60,404 nt of DNA. It comes from a virus. Taxonomy: Duplodnaviria; Caudoviricetes. A model generated the notes under the pieces. The model had not been told where the DNA came from. It saw only the letters and a list, made by a program, of their open reading frames with translations, and did no database searches. How positions within the stretch are numbered: the first letter of the stretch is position 1; the number at the start of each line of letters is the position of its first letter. The stretch covers positions 1-60,404 of the IMG/VR virus record IMGVR_UViG_3300013006_001053. The stretch is one strand, 5' to 3'. Of the stretch, positions 1 to 10,085 are shown piece by piece. The position numbers and the translations under genes were made by a program.

Positions 1-558
1 GTACTCTCTAAGCACCTTCTCTGCACCTCCTAGCACCCTCCATTCACTACCCTCTACGTCCAATGAAATAGCGGTAGGTGGCTTAATTCCATGATCATAT
101 ACACAAGAATCTATAGTAATTTGCCCATAGGTATCTCCTTCAAGATACAACTCTTTAAATCCATGTGCTGCTTCAATAACATCGTTAACCTCTGGGGGCC
201 ATTCATTATAATAAATTCTTGCAAGATCATTTATCTTATCAGAAGCAAACCCAGGAATACATACCATAGGAAGTTCTAGGTTGTTTGCAGTCCATGTTGC
301 AGGAAAGTGCGACCAAACTTTAGGATTTGGCTCAAACAACACCACCTCTGCTCCCCACATTTGACACAGCGCTGGAAACTCTCCTTCTTCAGCACCAACG
401 TAGTAAACAACATCTCCAGTACTAATGTTCTCAGACATATGCTTTAGTCTTGGTTTTTCCCAGCCATGTGGCTGATACCAGTCTGGTCTATCTGCACGGT
501 GCTTAGGCAAGATCATTTCAAACTCTCCGTTTAAAACTGCTTTAACCATTTCTGTCAT
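1..558 (-). CDS. FkbM-family SAM-dependent methyltransferase (runs off window edge)
   Basis: Not in the ORF track. Translated by hand: MTEMVKAV...VVYYVGAEEG...VVLFEPNP...ISLDVEGSEWRVLGGA, which are FkbM motifs. Its ATG overlaps the epimerase stop (ATGA). Confidence 0.85.
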   Translation of the reverse strand, partial: MTEMVKAVLNGEFEMILPKHRADRPDWYQPHGWEKPRLKHMSENISTGDVVYYVGAEEGEFPALCQMWGAEVVLFEPNPKVWSHFPATWTANNLELPMVCIPGFASDKINDLARIYYNEWPPEVNDVIEAAHGFKELYLEGDTYGQITIDSCVYDHGIKPPTAISLDVEGSEWRVLGGAEKVLREY

Positions 559-1439
559 TTTTTTAGCCATTCCATTAGTGATACCTTTGGTATCCATCCA
601 GTTAAATCTTTAAATTTTTGATTTGATGCAAGAGTTTCTTGAACCTCTCCAACTCTTGACGGGATAAACTTAATATCATTTGAAATCATATTAGCAATAT
701 CAATTATAGAGTAGTTACTTCCATACCCAATGTTATATACCTCACCAAAACCATGACTTGCTTCAGATGCAAGTATGTTTGCTTCTATAACATCATCTAT
801 GTGCGTAAAATCTCTACGCTGAGATCCATCACCAACTACTGTTAGTGGCTTTCCTTCGTGGCATTGTTTTAAAAATAGTCCTATTACTGGCGCATACTGA
901 CCTTTAAGTGGCTGCCTATCTCCATAAACATTAAAATATCTAAGGGATATAGTCTCAAGACCATAAAGATTATAGTAAACTCTTGCAAGGTTTTCACCAA
1001 AAACTTTGGCAGCAGAGTATGGGGTTAGTGGGTCAGATGGCTGTGTTTCTATGTTTGGAATTATTGCCTTCTTGCCATATGCAGAGGATGTACTAGAATA
1101 GATTAGCCTACTTATATTGTTGACCCTACAAAGTTCAAGAACATTGGCTGTTCCTACTGCGTTTGACTGAATAGATTTTTTAGGATTTAGTATTGCTGGT
1201 TGTATTCTTGCATCAGATGCGACATGAAATACGCAGTCAATATCTTTAAAAAGTGGGGCAATAAGATCATAATCACAAATATCATACTTATAGTTTTGTG
1301 CTTTACTGTTCCAGTAGAATTGCTCATGACATTCTGCAGACTCATCATCAATACAAACAACATCGTGACCAAGACTAATTAACTTATCAACAAGGTTTGA
1401 TCCAATAAAACCTGCTCCTCCAGTGACCAAGCAATTCAT
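555..1439 (-). CDS. NAD-dependent sugar epimerase/dehydratase (extended SDR)
   Basis: TGGAGFIG Rossmann motif, YxxxK (YSAAK), LRYFNVYG, RDFTHIDD. Start placed at the ATG overlapping the upstream stop. Confidence 0.95.
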   Translation of the reverse strand: MNCLVTGGAGFIGSNLVDKLISLGHDVVCIDDESAECHEQFYWNSKAQNYKYDICDYDLIAPLFKDIDCVFHVASDARIQPAILNPKKSIQSNAVGTANVLELCRVNNISRLIYSSTSSAYGKKAIIPNIETQPSDPLTPYSAAKVFGENLARVYYNLYGLETISLRYFNVYGDRQPLKGQYAPVIGLFLKQCHEGKPLTVVGDGSQRRDFTHIDDVIEANILASEASHGFGEVYNIGYGSNYSIIDIANMISNDIKFIPSRVGEVQETLASNQKFKDLTGWIPKVSLMEWLKK

Positions 1440-2389
1440 CCAATTCCCAATTCTTTCAAGATTGCAGTCCACCTATGGACATACGTGTGTTCTTTTTTTG
1501 TTCTTTCGTGCCCTGCAAATCTAATTAGTTCTCGTTCTTCATCATTCTCAAGATAATAATTAATCTTTTCTTCTAAATCTTTTAGATTACCATGCTCATA
1601 CAAAACAATCTCTTTATCTGTGAACAACTCCTCAAGGCCTTTAATGCGAGGGTAGATAGTGAAACCACCACGACCAGTACTTTCAAACATTCTATCACTT
1701 GTATAGTAAGGATAGTTGAAGCCAATATTAAGACTATCACCAATGGCTATCTTACTACGAGCATAAATCTTGTTTAGTGCATCCCCACGAATTGTACCTG
1801 TATCTCCATCTCCACCAACGTGAAGGAAGCGCTTGCCATATACTGATCTTAAGTGGTTTATTAATTGTGGGCGGTATGGGTATTCATGATGATACCCTTT
1901 ACTTCCAACAAAAATAACATCATAGTCAAAGGTATTGTCATAGGCTGGATGAACATAACATTCTTTGTCATATACCCCAGCAGGCAGGAAGTGTCCTTTT
2001 ACTTCTGTATTTTCGTTAAACCAATCAGTCATTAGCTTGTCTGTAGCAAAGAAGTGTCCTATGGTTTTATAAAATGGATCTTCTTCCAGATCTTTCTGAC
2101 GCTCAATTCCAAACCACAAATCAAGGTGATAGGTCATTGTTGGAATGTTTGCCTCTTTTAGTTTAACAAGAACATCTTCCATACCGATATTTCCTGGAGT
2201 ATTCCAGCCGTGTGTGTGAACCCAGATAAATAGATCGCTTTCTAAGGACTCTGCAAGGATATGTTGGCTTCTTGCCTCACGTTCTTGCATTTTAACGACG
2301 GTATGTCCAAGGGATTCCAGAGACTTTACGTGATGATTCTCACTACTATAGTCCACACCAAAGTTACCTAAGAAAACAATTTTAGCCAA
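1436..2389 (-). CDS. Glycosyltransferase (GT-B, CgeB/Glyco_trans_1_2-like)
   Basis: DVIFVGS, SDRMFESTGRG, INYYLENDEERELIRFAG, EHTYVHR. Confidence 0.85.
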   Translation of the reverse strand: MAKIVFLGNFGVDYSSENHHVKSLESLGHTVVKMQEREARSQHILAESLESDLFIWVHTHGWNTPGNIGMEDVLVKLKEANIPTMTYHLDLWFGIERQKDLEEDPFYKTIGHFFATDKLMTDWFNENTEVKGHFLPAGVYDKECYVHPAYDNTFDYDVIFVGSKGYHHEYPYRPQLINHLRSVYGKRFLHVGGDGDTGTIRGDALNKIYARSKIAIGDSLNIGFNYPYYTSDRMFESTGRGGFTIYPRIKGLEELFTDKEIVLYEHGNLKDLEEKINYYLENDEERELIRFAGHERTKKEHTYVHRWTAILKELGIG

Positions 2390-2440
2390 AATGCACCCCT
2401 TTTACAATAATTGTACCACAATCTATAGTATAATAATAGG

Positions 2441-3970
2441 ATGGCTGATACATATACCCCTAATTCTGGCATGAAGGCTGCTGCTAGACGAGCATTAAAA
2501 TGGAAAGAAGATGGCAAGGCAACTGGTGCTGGAACTCCTGTAGGTTGGGGAAGAGCAACAGATATCGTTAATGGATCTGCAATGTCACTTGATACAGTAA
2601 AGAGAATGTACTCATTTTTTTCACGACACGAAGTAGATAAAAAAGGTAAAGATTTTTACAATACATCTAATCCATCTAATGGTCGTATTATGTGGGATGC
2701 ATGGGGCGGAGATGCAGGTTTCTCATGGTCAAGAGCAATCGTAAATAGAATGAAAGAATCATCAGATATCTTTATGAATTTTGGTAATTTTGTTAATGGT
2801 GCAGAAATGCTCACAACAATTTTTACTGTAGAAAAAAATGAACATATGATTAAAGAGGGCGACTTCGTAATGGGCAAAACCTCTGAGGGTATTGTTCATG
2901 GCATAGTTGAACATATTATGACTGAAGGTGGAGTCTACGGAGTTCCTGGAACTGAGTATGCTATTCAATCTATGCCTCCAGAAAATCCAGCGATGGCTGT
3001 TAGGATTTACGAAGAAGAAGACGGTATGTGGGAACCAACAGCATATAGTATTGGTATGATGTATAAAGATGCTAAAATTGTTAATATAAATAATCACAGC
3101 ATGGAAGATGAAGAAGATTCGGATTCAGAAGACATGGCAATGGATGATGCACAAACAAGCAAGTCTTATTATTCAGAAAATGAAGAAGAAGACAAATGGG
3201 ACAATATACAAAAGGCATGTTGGGTTGGATATGAGCAACGAGGTATGAAGCCTGGAAGAAATGGTGGAATGGTTCCTAACTGTGTTCCATCTGGTAAATC
3301 AGATGATGTAGAAAAAGCAAAAGGTGTTTCTGTTGGTGATCATGTTACATTTGCAGTTCCAAAACCTCCAGATAAAACAGAATCTGCTCATGGCCTTGTA
3401 GAAAGAGTAGAACGCTCTGGCAAGGTAACACTTTCTGGAACAAACGAAACCGTAGAAGCATCTTCAGAAAATCCAGTTGCAGTGGTTAGAGTTTATGCAA
3501 CAAGCGAAAATGGGGAAAGAACACGAACTGATAGGCGTGTAGTAAAACCATTTAGCTCACTAAGAGTACTCTCTGAACCAATAGATAATGCAGAAAAATA
3601 TGATGATGGTTTAGATATTGAAAAGGTATCAGCATCTAGACTTAAAGAGTTGGCAGATGCATATAATAAAGGCAAAGAAGGCAATAAAAGAATTACCGTT
3701 GGAGCCTTAAGGCAAGTTTATAACCGAGGCATTGGTGCATACAGAACTAACCCATCGTCAGTTCGAGGAAGCGTTTCTAGTGCAGAGCAATGGGCTATGG
3801 GAAGAGTAAATGCTTTTATGGCTGGCCTTCGTGGAAGGTTTCCAAGAAAGCCTTTTGATTTAGATTTATTTCCAAAAGGTCATTCAAGATCAACTAAAAA
3901 ATTCTTATTTGAAGATTTTGCAAACAATGTAGAAGAACCAAAAAGAGTTATAAAACTTTTTAAAGATTAA
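2441..3970 (+). CDS. Multidomain phage protein, possibly head-associated
   Basis: Leaderless start after TATAAT. Modules: TVKRMYSFFSRH, two SH3/Tudor-like repeats (EGDFV/VGDHV), CWxGY...VPNCVP, VYNRGIGAY...QWAMGRVNAF. Lone plus-strand gene in a minus-strand block. Confidence 0.6.
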   Translation: MADTYTPNSGMKAAARRALKWKEDGKATGAGTPVGWGRATDIVNGSAMSLDTVKRMYSFFSRHEVDKKGKDFYNTSNPSNGRIMWDAWGGDAGFSWSRAIVNRMKESSDIFMNFGNFVNGAEMLTTIFTVEKNEHMIKEGDFVMGKTSEGIVHGIVEHIMTEGGVYGVPGTEYAIQSMPPENPAMAVRIYEEEDGMWEPTAYSIGMMYKDAKIVNINNHSMEDEEDSDSEDMAMDDAQTSKSYYSENEEEDKWDNIQKACWVGYEQRGMKPGRNGGMVPNCVPSGKSDDVEKAKGVSVGDHVTFAVPKPPDKTESAHGLVERVERSGKVTLSGTNETVEASSENPVAVVRVYATSENGERTRTDRRVVKPFSSLRVLSEPIDNAEKYDDGLDIEKVSASRLKELADAYNKGKEGNKRITVGALRQVYNRGIGAYRTNPSSVRGSVSSAEQWAMGRVNAFMAGLRGRFPRKPFDLDLFPKGHSRSTKKFLFEDFANNVEEPKRVIKLFKD

Positions 3971-3978
3971 ATATCAAG

Positions 3979-4051
3979 TACCCCTGGCAGGAATCGAACC
4001 TGCGACACATGGCTTAGAAGTCCATTGTTCTCTCCACTGAACTACAGAGGC
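3979..4051 (-). tRNA. tRNA-Arg(TCT)
   Basis: Cloverleaf GCCTCTG/CAGGGGT, anticodon loop CTTCTAA, T-loop GTTCGATTC. Confidence 0.93.
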
Positions 4052-4052
4052 G

Positions 4053-4126
4053 TACAGCAGGTAGGACTTGAACCGACGACGACCGAATTATGAGTTCGGG
4101 GCTTTAACCAACTAAGCTACTGCTGC
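4053..4126 (-). tRNA. tRNA with CAT anticodon (elongator Met or Ile2)
   Basis: GCAGCAG/CTGCTGT acceptor, CCGAA-CTCATAA-TTCGG arm, GTTCAAGTC. Lacks initiator features. One T-stem mismatch. Confidence 0.88.
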
Positions 4127-4386
4127 TTGGCTTTAGGTTTTGGATTACGTTCCTCAATCCTAACTATAATTTTATCAAGTGCTTCTATATATGTTAAGGC
4201 ATCATCTTTGGCCCACAGCAAATTCCCATCATCGTCAAACCCACTACCACGATATTCTAAATATGCTAATCGATGTTCTTTTATCATTGCAATGATTTGT
4301 TTACGCTCTGATGCAATAGATTTCGAGCATCCACTACAAGGGCATAGCCAGTCTCCACGAGCAGGTGTTTGGTTTGGATCAGCCAT
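4117..4386 (-). CDS. Hypothetical protein (CPCxxC)
   Basis: Likely start MADPNQ overlaps the upstream gene end. Stop codon lies inside the tRNA-CAT. Confidence 0.65.
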   Translation of the reverse strand: MADPNQTPARGDWLCPCSGCSKSIASERKQIIAMIKEHRLAYLEYRGSGFDDDGNLLWAKDDALTYIEALDKIIVRIEERNPKPKAKQQ

Positions 4387-4609
4387 TTGTATCGTCAAAC
4401 ACTTCGTTTTTGCCTTGAACAATAGAGCGACAGGCTTCAAATGCCTTACGGGTTCTACGACTCTTAACAAACCCCTTACGCTCCCATATCTGCTGGGTAA
4501 ATAGAATATCCTGATCCATCTGTTCACGAATTTCTTTAACAGTCATGATAATCATTTCCATTAGGTCTTTCTTTTTGTCTTCGTCTAGTTCTTCTATCCA
4601 ACTATTCAC
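4379..4609 (-). CDS. Hypothetical protein
   Basis: RBS AGGAG; overlaps neighbouring genes. Confidence 0.65.
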   Translation of the reverse strand: MNSWIEELDEDKKKDLMEMIIMTVKEIREQMDQDILFTQQIWERKGFVKSRRTRKAFEACRSIVQGKNEVFDDTNG

Positions 4610-4818
4610 TTTATTCTCCTTCTAATTAATCCCGCAATTACTTCCGCAAACTGTTGTGAGTTTAAAGACTCTAAGAATTCTCCAGGCAAGCTCATCTGAA
4701 TTCCAAGCATATCTAATTCTGAAATGATAAGAAACCTTTGGTTCTGCAAATAGAGTTCAGGCGTAAGTTCAATATTGTTTGTGCTTGCCCAAGTTTCAAA
4801 CTCTATCTCTTTACTCAT
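4606..4818 (-). CDS. Hypothetical protein
   Basis: Packed in operon; start MSKEIE. Confidence 0.6.
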   Translation of the reverse strand: MSKEIEFETWASTNNIELTPELYLQNQRFLIISELDMLGIQMSLPGEFLESLNSQQFAEVIAGLIRRRIK

Positions 4819-4913
4819 CTTCCCTTTCAAATTCTGCTAATGCGTTGTTATTACTAAAACAATTACGGCAATCACCGTTAGTTAATCTTGATCCACATAT
4901 ATCACAAAAATGA

Positions 4914-5126
4914 TTAGGACTCATCTTTTCTCCAGTGTATGAATGATTTAACATAGACTATTCCATACGCTACCGCTGCAAAAATAAATCCGTATTGCTT
5001 TGTTGTTAGGGCATAGATGATCCAAAGACATTCATTTACGCACAAGACAAGCCATCCCCAGATAGTCTTACGACCAACTAAAAATATTCCCGAAACGCCT
5101 ATAAAGGCTAATACCCACGACCACAT
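4914..5126 (-). CDS. Small PnuC-like membrane protein
   Basis: Three hydrophobic segments, GRKTIWGW...NECLWIIYAL pattern. Confidence 0.55.
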   Translation of the reverse strand: MWSWVLAFIGVSGIFLVGRKTIWGWLVLCVNECLWIIYALTTKQYGFIFAAVAYGIVYVKSFIHWRKDES

Positions 5127-5442
5127 ATTACTTTGAAGACTCTAGCGGCATTACCGTTTCGCAAGGGCATATAATTGATTCGGGTAACTCATGAACCTTA
5201 GTATTAATAATAATAGAGGTTTTGCAATCTGGACATTTATAAGTATTTTTCATATACTCAGTATATCAAACTTTGGGCTTAGGTGCAAGTGTGATATCAT
5301 TGAAGTATGTGTGATAAATGTAATTCTCCATTGATCCCGATAGTCTACGGTCAAGTCAACCCTATCGTTTTAGAGATGGCCAGATATGGTCGTGTTATTA
5401 TAGGTGATGATATATCTTTTGATAGACCGACATTTTATTGCG

Positions 5443-5643
5443 CTACTTGTACTGAAGCTTTTTAAAATAATTTAAAGATTGATTGGCCATATCATTGGCC
5501 TGCTCTTCCGTATGGCAATAGCCAAACCCCACAACCTTACTACCCTTTAAAAGCGTCCATTGCCAAGGAATCGGCGGGAGATAAAAAGCATCCTTTTTAA
5601 TAATACTAGGATCAAACTCTTCAATCTTTATCTGGAATGTCAT
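5443..5643 (-). CDS. Hypothetical protein
   Basis: ORF on the coding strand of the block. Confidence 0.5.
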   Translation of the reverse strand: MTFQIKIEEFDPSIIKKDAFYLPPIPWQWTLLKGSKVVGFGYCHTEEQANDMANQSLNYFKKLQYK

Positions 5644-5954
5644 GAACAGACCTATAGCCTTTACTAACTAAATACCGTGCAATTTCAAGGTTGGCTATAA
5701 AATACCCTGCCAACATACCCCATAGGAACTTAAGCATCTACTTTTTTATGGTCTTTCTTTATGTGGTTTGTTAAGGTTTCGTGGGCAAAGGGGGATCGAG
5801 ATTCAATCTCCTTCTTACAAATACTACATATAATTATTCTAGCCATGGCTACCCCTTACGTAATAAAAGCCATAATCCCAAAGACATACAGAATAGGCTA
5901 AACAGTGTAGAACTTAGTGTCATATATTAAGTATAGCAAAATTACTTTGATTTG

Positions 5955-6242
5955 TCAATCCCAGGCTTTTTCCATAACATCTGGATCATCAATATCTAAT
6001 CTATAAACAGTCCCCCACTTAAAATAAGGTTTATAAAACCAGTGTGACAAAAAAGCGTGGTATGTGTAGACAAACCCATGATCATCATGGTCATCATAAT
6101 GTAAAGCCTTGCCTAAATGATAATGAGCAGGAAGTTCACAAAGGTTTGCAAACCACCTCAGTAGTAGGTTCTTCGTCCTGTGTTCTTTGATAAACTTGTC
6201 CAGGTATCCATCGTAATCTTCCATTTTTGTATTGCCTTTCAT
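5955..6242 (-). CDS. Hypothetical protein
   Basis: ORF on the coding strand. Confidence 0.55.
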   Translation of the reverse strand: MKGNTKMEDYDGYLDKFIKEHRTKNLLLRWFANLCELPAHYHLGKALHYDDHDDHGFVYTYHAFLSHWFYKPYFKWGTVYRLDIDDPDVMEKAWD

Positions 6243-6482
6243 ACCCCAGTGATTTCCAGTCCATCTTCATGATCTTTGGCTCTTTAATTTTGGTCGACCT
6301 TATATGTCATTGCAATATAGCATACTATGTACCCTGCAAAAAATGCGGGAATAAGAAATAAAACATTAATCATTTTGTAACCCCCTTTATCATATAAGTA
6401 TAGCACTCTGTACAGTAAACGCCACTTCGTAATGCTTGGCTAGCATTGGTTCCATAACAATTAGCACAAGTAATTCCTGTCA

Positions 6483-6713
6483 TTAGTATCCTCCAGTACA
6501 TTCATTTCTACTATGATACAAACGTATCTTTGTCATTGTCTTTTTGTTCGGGGCATTTAAAGTTTCATCACAACATAAACAGTCAAACTCCCATTCTCCA
6601 CTAAAGAAGTCATACTTATAACCCTTAGCACTGGCATACTTCTTGGCTATAAAGGTTTGAAAAGGGTCGGGGATTTCAAGACTTCTTAGCATATGCACAC
6701 CATATCCTACCAT
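6483..6713 (-). CDS. Hypothetical Zn-finger-like protein
   Basis: CLCC...H...C pattern; start uncertain. Confidence 0.55.
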   Translation of the reverse strand: MVGYGVHMLRSLEIPDPFQTFIAKKYASAKGYKYDFFSGEWEFDCLCCDETLNAPNKKTMTKIRLYHSRNECTGGY

Positions 6714-6952
6714 CAGTCATGGTCTGATGAGTCTCCCAAAATAATGGATCTTTGTGATGCATCTCACATTTTGGACATTCGTTTGGTTTCATACTTTAAG
6801 TGTACCAAAGTTCGGCGAAAAGTGCAACTAAAAGTCGGCGCAAAATAGAGGTTTCTAAACCTTTCTAAGCCCGACACGGGCTATATTGGTGAGTAGTCCT
6901 AATATGCTACAGCACATATCACACGTTCCACAGGATCTGTTATTGGTCTGTG

Positions 6953-7144
6953 TTATTTGCATTTATTGCAGTACATAGGACTTCTTAGGTTATCCTGTGA
7001 TATCACGAATTTAATGGCACAGTGAGAACACTTTACTTCAGATAGAGAGTGCTCTTTTAAAACAACCTTATATCTGTCAGTGTAATAGAACATAGTTACA
7101 AACCATGTTACGGCACAAAAAAATACTATTAATCCTAGCGTCAT
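6953..7144 (-). CDS. Membrane-anchored Zn-ribbon protein
   Basis: N-terminal TM, CxxC...CxxC, RBS GAGGAG. Confidence 0.6.
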   Translation of the reverse strand: MTLGLIVFFCAVTWFVTMFYYTDRYKVVLKEHSLSEVKCSHCAIKFVISQDNLRSPMYCNKCK

Positions 7145-7312
7145 TTCTACTCCTCAAAACTTATTTGTGTTTCCCAAAAATCTCTATTTGGGTAAAGAAT
7201 AACTTCATCTACAACATGCTTACAGGCAGTACAAATTACCAAACCATCAAGGTCAACTTCATATGCGTGTCTGCAGTCCATCTATCCAGTATACCAAACC
7301 TTGGCGGGATAG

Positions 7313-7639
7313 TCAAGATAAGTAATCTATAGCCCTATTTAAAATAGAAACATCATCTTTTAATAATCCCAAGGCTACGTTGCAAGCATTGCATAGATAT
7401 CCTCTAAATTCCTTAGTTTTCCAGTCGTGATCTAAATAATATTTTTTATCTTTCTTTTGACATATTGGGCAAGCATGATCTTCTGGTATAAGATTAGTTT
7501 TTCTTAAATTATTTACAAGCCTGCTTTTGATTCCAGCACAGGGTTTGCAAATATCTTTATAGTGTACTTTTACTGGCGTAGTATGATTAATAACCATTTG
7601 AGACACATCTTTTTCATCAAAACATATTCTACATATCAT
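7313..7639 (-). CDS. Endonuclease VII-like HNH nuclease
   Basis: CPIC...LDHD...RGYLCNACNVALG...AIDYL; leaderless start. Confidence 0.85.
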   Translation of the reverse strand: MICRICFDEKDVSQMVINHTTPVKVHYKDICKPCAGIKSRLVNNLRKTNLIPEDHACPICQKKDKKYYLDHDWKTKEFRGYLCNACNVALGLLKDDVSILNRAIDYLS

Positions 7640-7983
7640 ATATCTATTATCTCAAATTTTGCGGGGGAAGTCAATAAAGGATCGTAATCCCTAGTATAAG
7701 ATATTAGCCCCTATGCCAGATATAGAAGGTTAGCGCAGCGACTAGGATATACGGGATAGCGCAGAAAACCAACATATCCACGGTTATTTATCCCCTGGAT
7801 TTTTACAGTTAGGACATTGGTTTGTAGGGTTTAAAACCCCATAGGATACTTCAAACATACCCCCACAGTTAAAGCATAGTACTTTTAGCATAGATCAATT
7901 GTATCAGAGTTATCCACAGAATGGTTTGATATTTCTGGTTTGATACCGTGGCAAAAATAGTTCTTTGATGCTCCAGATATGCA

Positions 7984-8217
7984 TTATGTAAAACCTCCTA
8001 CCCAGACTATATCCCATGAAGATGTATTATATAGTCCTGCATCTGCTGGAATGCTGTTTTCATTGTATAAACCAGCATCTACATAGGTAAATGACTCAGG
8101 AGGGGTTACATCATTGTAAGAGGTTACAATAGGTATATTTCTTTTTACTACTATTGTTTGGCTACCCATATAAACATCTAGGTTAATGGTATTTTGTTTG
8201 ACTACTAAGGTTAGCAC
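7984..8217 (-). CDS. Small virion-type protein
   Basis: C-terminal DAGLYNTSSWDIVWVGG resembles the end of 32557..33009. Confidence 0.6.
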   Translation of the reverse strand: MLTLVVKQNTINLDVYMGSQTIVVKRNIPIVTSYNDVTPPESFTYVDAGLYNENSIPADAGLYNTSSWDIVWVGGFT

Positions 8218-8570
8218 TATACTGCCCCAGTAATATCATCCGTTACTGTTATGCTGCCTGTTAGGATTGTATAAATAATATTTGGAGTAGGAGTTGTATC
8301 TGTGATCTGAACATCATACACATATTGTCCTGCAGATAGGGTTCTACCTACTGTAGAAGTGATTGTGCAAGCTACTGTTGCTGGCTCGTGTTTTACAGCC
8401 AATGCAGATACTTGAGTACCACCAGATCCTCTTTGATTGGCAAGTTTGAATGAAAAGGTTTCGTATCCAGAAATAAGAAAATCAGTTCCATCAGAGTTTT
8501 TTAGTTCAACATTAAATTGAAATGTATCACCCTTATAATAGTTAAAATCAAAAGTTTTTGGAAATGGCAT
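8217..8570 (-). CDS. BppU-N-like virion protein, paralog of 24237 and 29549
   Basis: YKGDTFQFNV...YVYDVQI...GSITV; leaderless after TGATATAAT. Confidence 0.65.
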   Translation of the reverse strand: MPFPKTFDFNYYKGDTFQFNVELKNSDGTDFLISGYETFSFKLANQRGSGGTQVSALAVKHEPATVACTITSTVGRTLSAGQYVYDVQITDTTPTPNIIYTILTGSITVTDDITGAV

Positions 8571-9506
8571 AAGTTGATTATATCATGGTTTAGAGTATTA
8601 AAGATATTTGAATTTAAATAGTTATCCACAGGAAAATACCTATAAATATCATAGTTATCCACAGGTTTATCCACAGGTAGATCTTACTGATATTTTTTAG
8701 ATTTTCTTTTAGTGGAGGAAAGTGGAGCAAAAGGGAGGATTGAGCATTTATACAAAAGGGTTCGTAATGTCTAACGGGCCAAACCTCCTACCACACAAAC
8801 CTTCATATGTCAAACCTTCATATCCCAATAGCGGATTATACCCCCAAACCTCCTATTTGTCAAACCTTTATAGCCTAAAAACCCTCTACAAAATGTAGCA
8901 AAATGTCCAATAAATCTAGGAAAAACCAGGAAAAAATATATAAAAGGTTTGATAATTTCTAGAAAACCAGGAAAAAAGGTTTGTCTATTTACTGTGTATT
9001 ATACTAGGGGATTTGGTACTCATTCGTAATCCCCCGCTAAATCCCGTGGGATCGTAATGTCTAATAAGCCTGTGACTCTGGCCTGGGGCGGGGGATCAAT
9101 TGATAAAATAAAGACCAAAACCTATAGAGGTAATAAGAACACCAAAGGATGAAGCTATAAAATAGAAAACCTTCATATCTGGTTTGATATCTTCATGAGG
9201 TTTGTTTGGTTTGTGATCATGATCATGCATAGAGGTACCATCGTTAACAAAACATGGTCCACCATACTTAGAAAAATGATTCCTGGTCATAATATTATTA
9301 TACACCTGGTTTGACAATTGATCCTAGATATGCTAGGTACGGGGAAAAGTTTTTGGAGGTTCGTAATGTTTTTTTAGGAAATGAGGTTTGGTAAGGTTTG
9401 TCCATCAATGGGGAAAAATTTAGCTCTATCGTAATCTATTTTTAGGGTTTTAAGGTTTGTCCCATATGTCCGATTTGTATAGATAATCCGGCCCGTAGGC
9501 CGCAGA

Positions 9507-9773
9507 TCACTCTGCGTTGCCTGATGCCGCAAGAACCTCATCAAGGTCTTCAAAACCTTCGTCTTCAAGGTTTAGAGAAGCCAAGAACAATTGCCAAGTC
9601 TCAGCAATATATTTTTCTCCGTCACCTGTTACGGCGCAGAGATGTTCTTTCTCTAAGTAAGCAAGTGGCAAACCTAAGTCATTGAATTCTATGAACTCAT
9701 TGAAACCTGGGTCTTCTCTATACTCGGAATAGAGTTGTCCTAAGATGTTACAGATATTAGAAAAGTCGGTCAC
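9507..9773 (-). CDS. Hypothetical acidic protein
   Basis: Coupled to upstream ORF. Confidence 0.65.
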   Translation of the reverse strand: MTDFSNICNILGQLYSEYREDPGFNEFIEFNDLGLPLAYLEKEHLCAVTGDGEKYIAETWQLFLASLNLEDEGFEDLDEVLAASGNAE

Positions 9774-9990
9774 TGTTATATTCTACTCTCTTTTGTTCAA
9801 CTATGTCAAGTTGGAATTGGGCAGACTCTAGAACTTCTAGACTCCTGCGAAAAATAAGATAAGGAAGGCTACGAGACATATACACTCCTACCTTCTCTAG
9901 GTCAAGATTAAAGTCTGATAAAAGTACGCCAATTTTCTCAGCAACCTTTTCCTCTTTAGTCTTAGTTACAGATTTACTGATACGATACAT
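9757..9990 (-). CDS. Hypothetical protein
   Basis: RBS GAGGAG, TGGTATAAT promoter. Confidence 0.7.
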   Translation of the reverse strand: MYRISKSVTKTKEEKVAEKIGVLLSDFNLDLEKVGVYMSRSLPYLIFRRSLEVLESAQFQLDIVEQKRVEYNSDRLF

Positions 9991-10085
9991 AGTACTCCTC
10001 TATATTCATTATACCAAAAAGAAGGGAAGGGGGCAAGCCCACCACAGCACTGCCCCCTCACCCTTAGACAGGGATGACCCTACCC

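Larger units (their letters stand above)
7650..9470. other. Putative replication origin region with DnaA boxes and iteron-like repeats
   Basis: Perfect TTATCCACA at 7910, 8622, 8655, 8667. Many CAAACC/GGTTTG and TCGTAAT repeats. AT-rich tracts and little coding. Confidence 0.55.

Noticed and set aside
9096-9568. ORFs 9096..9317 and 9374..9568
   Set aside because: They lie in iteron-rich DNA without a clear RBS, and the second overlaps a better gene. The first may be real but is not supportable.
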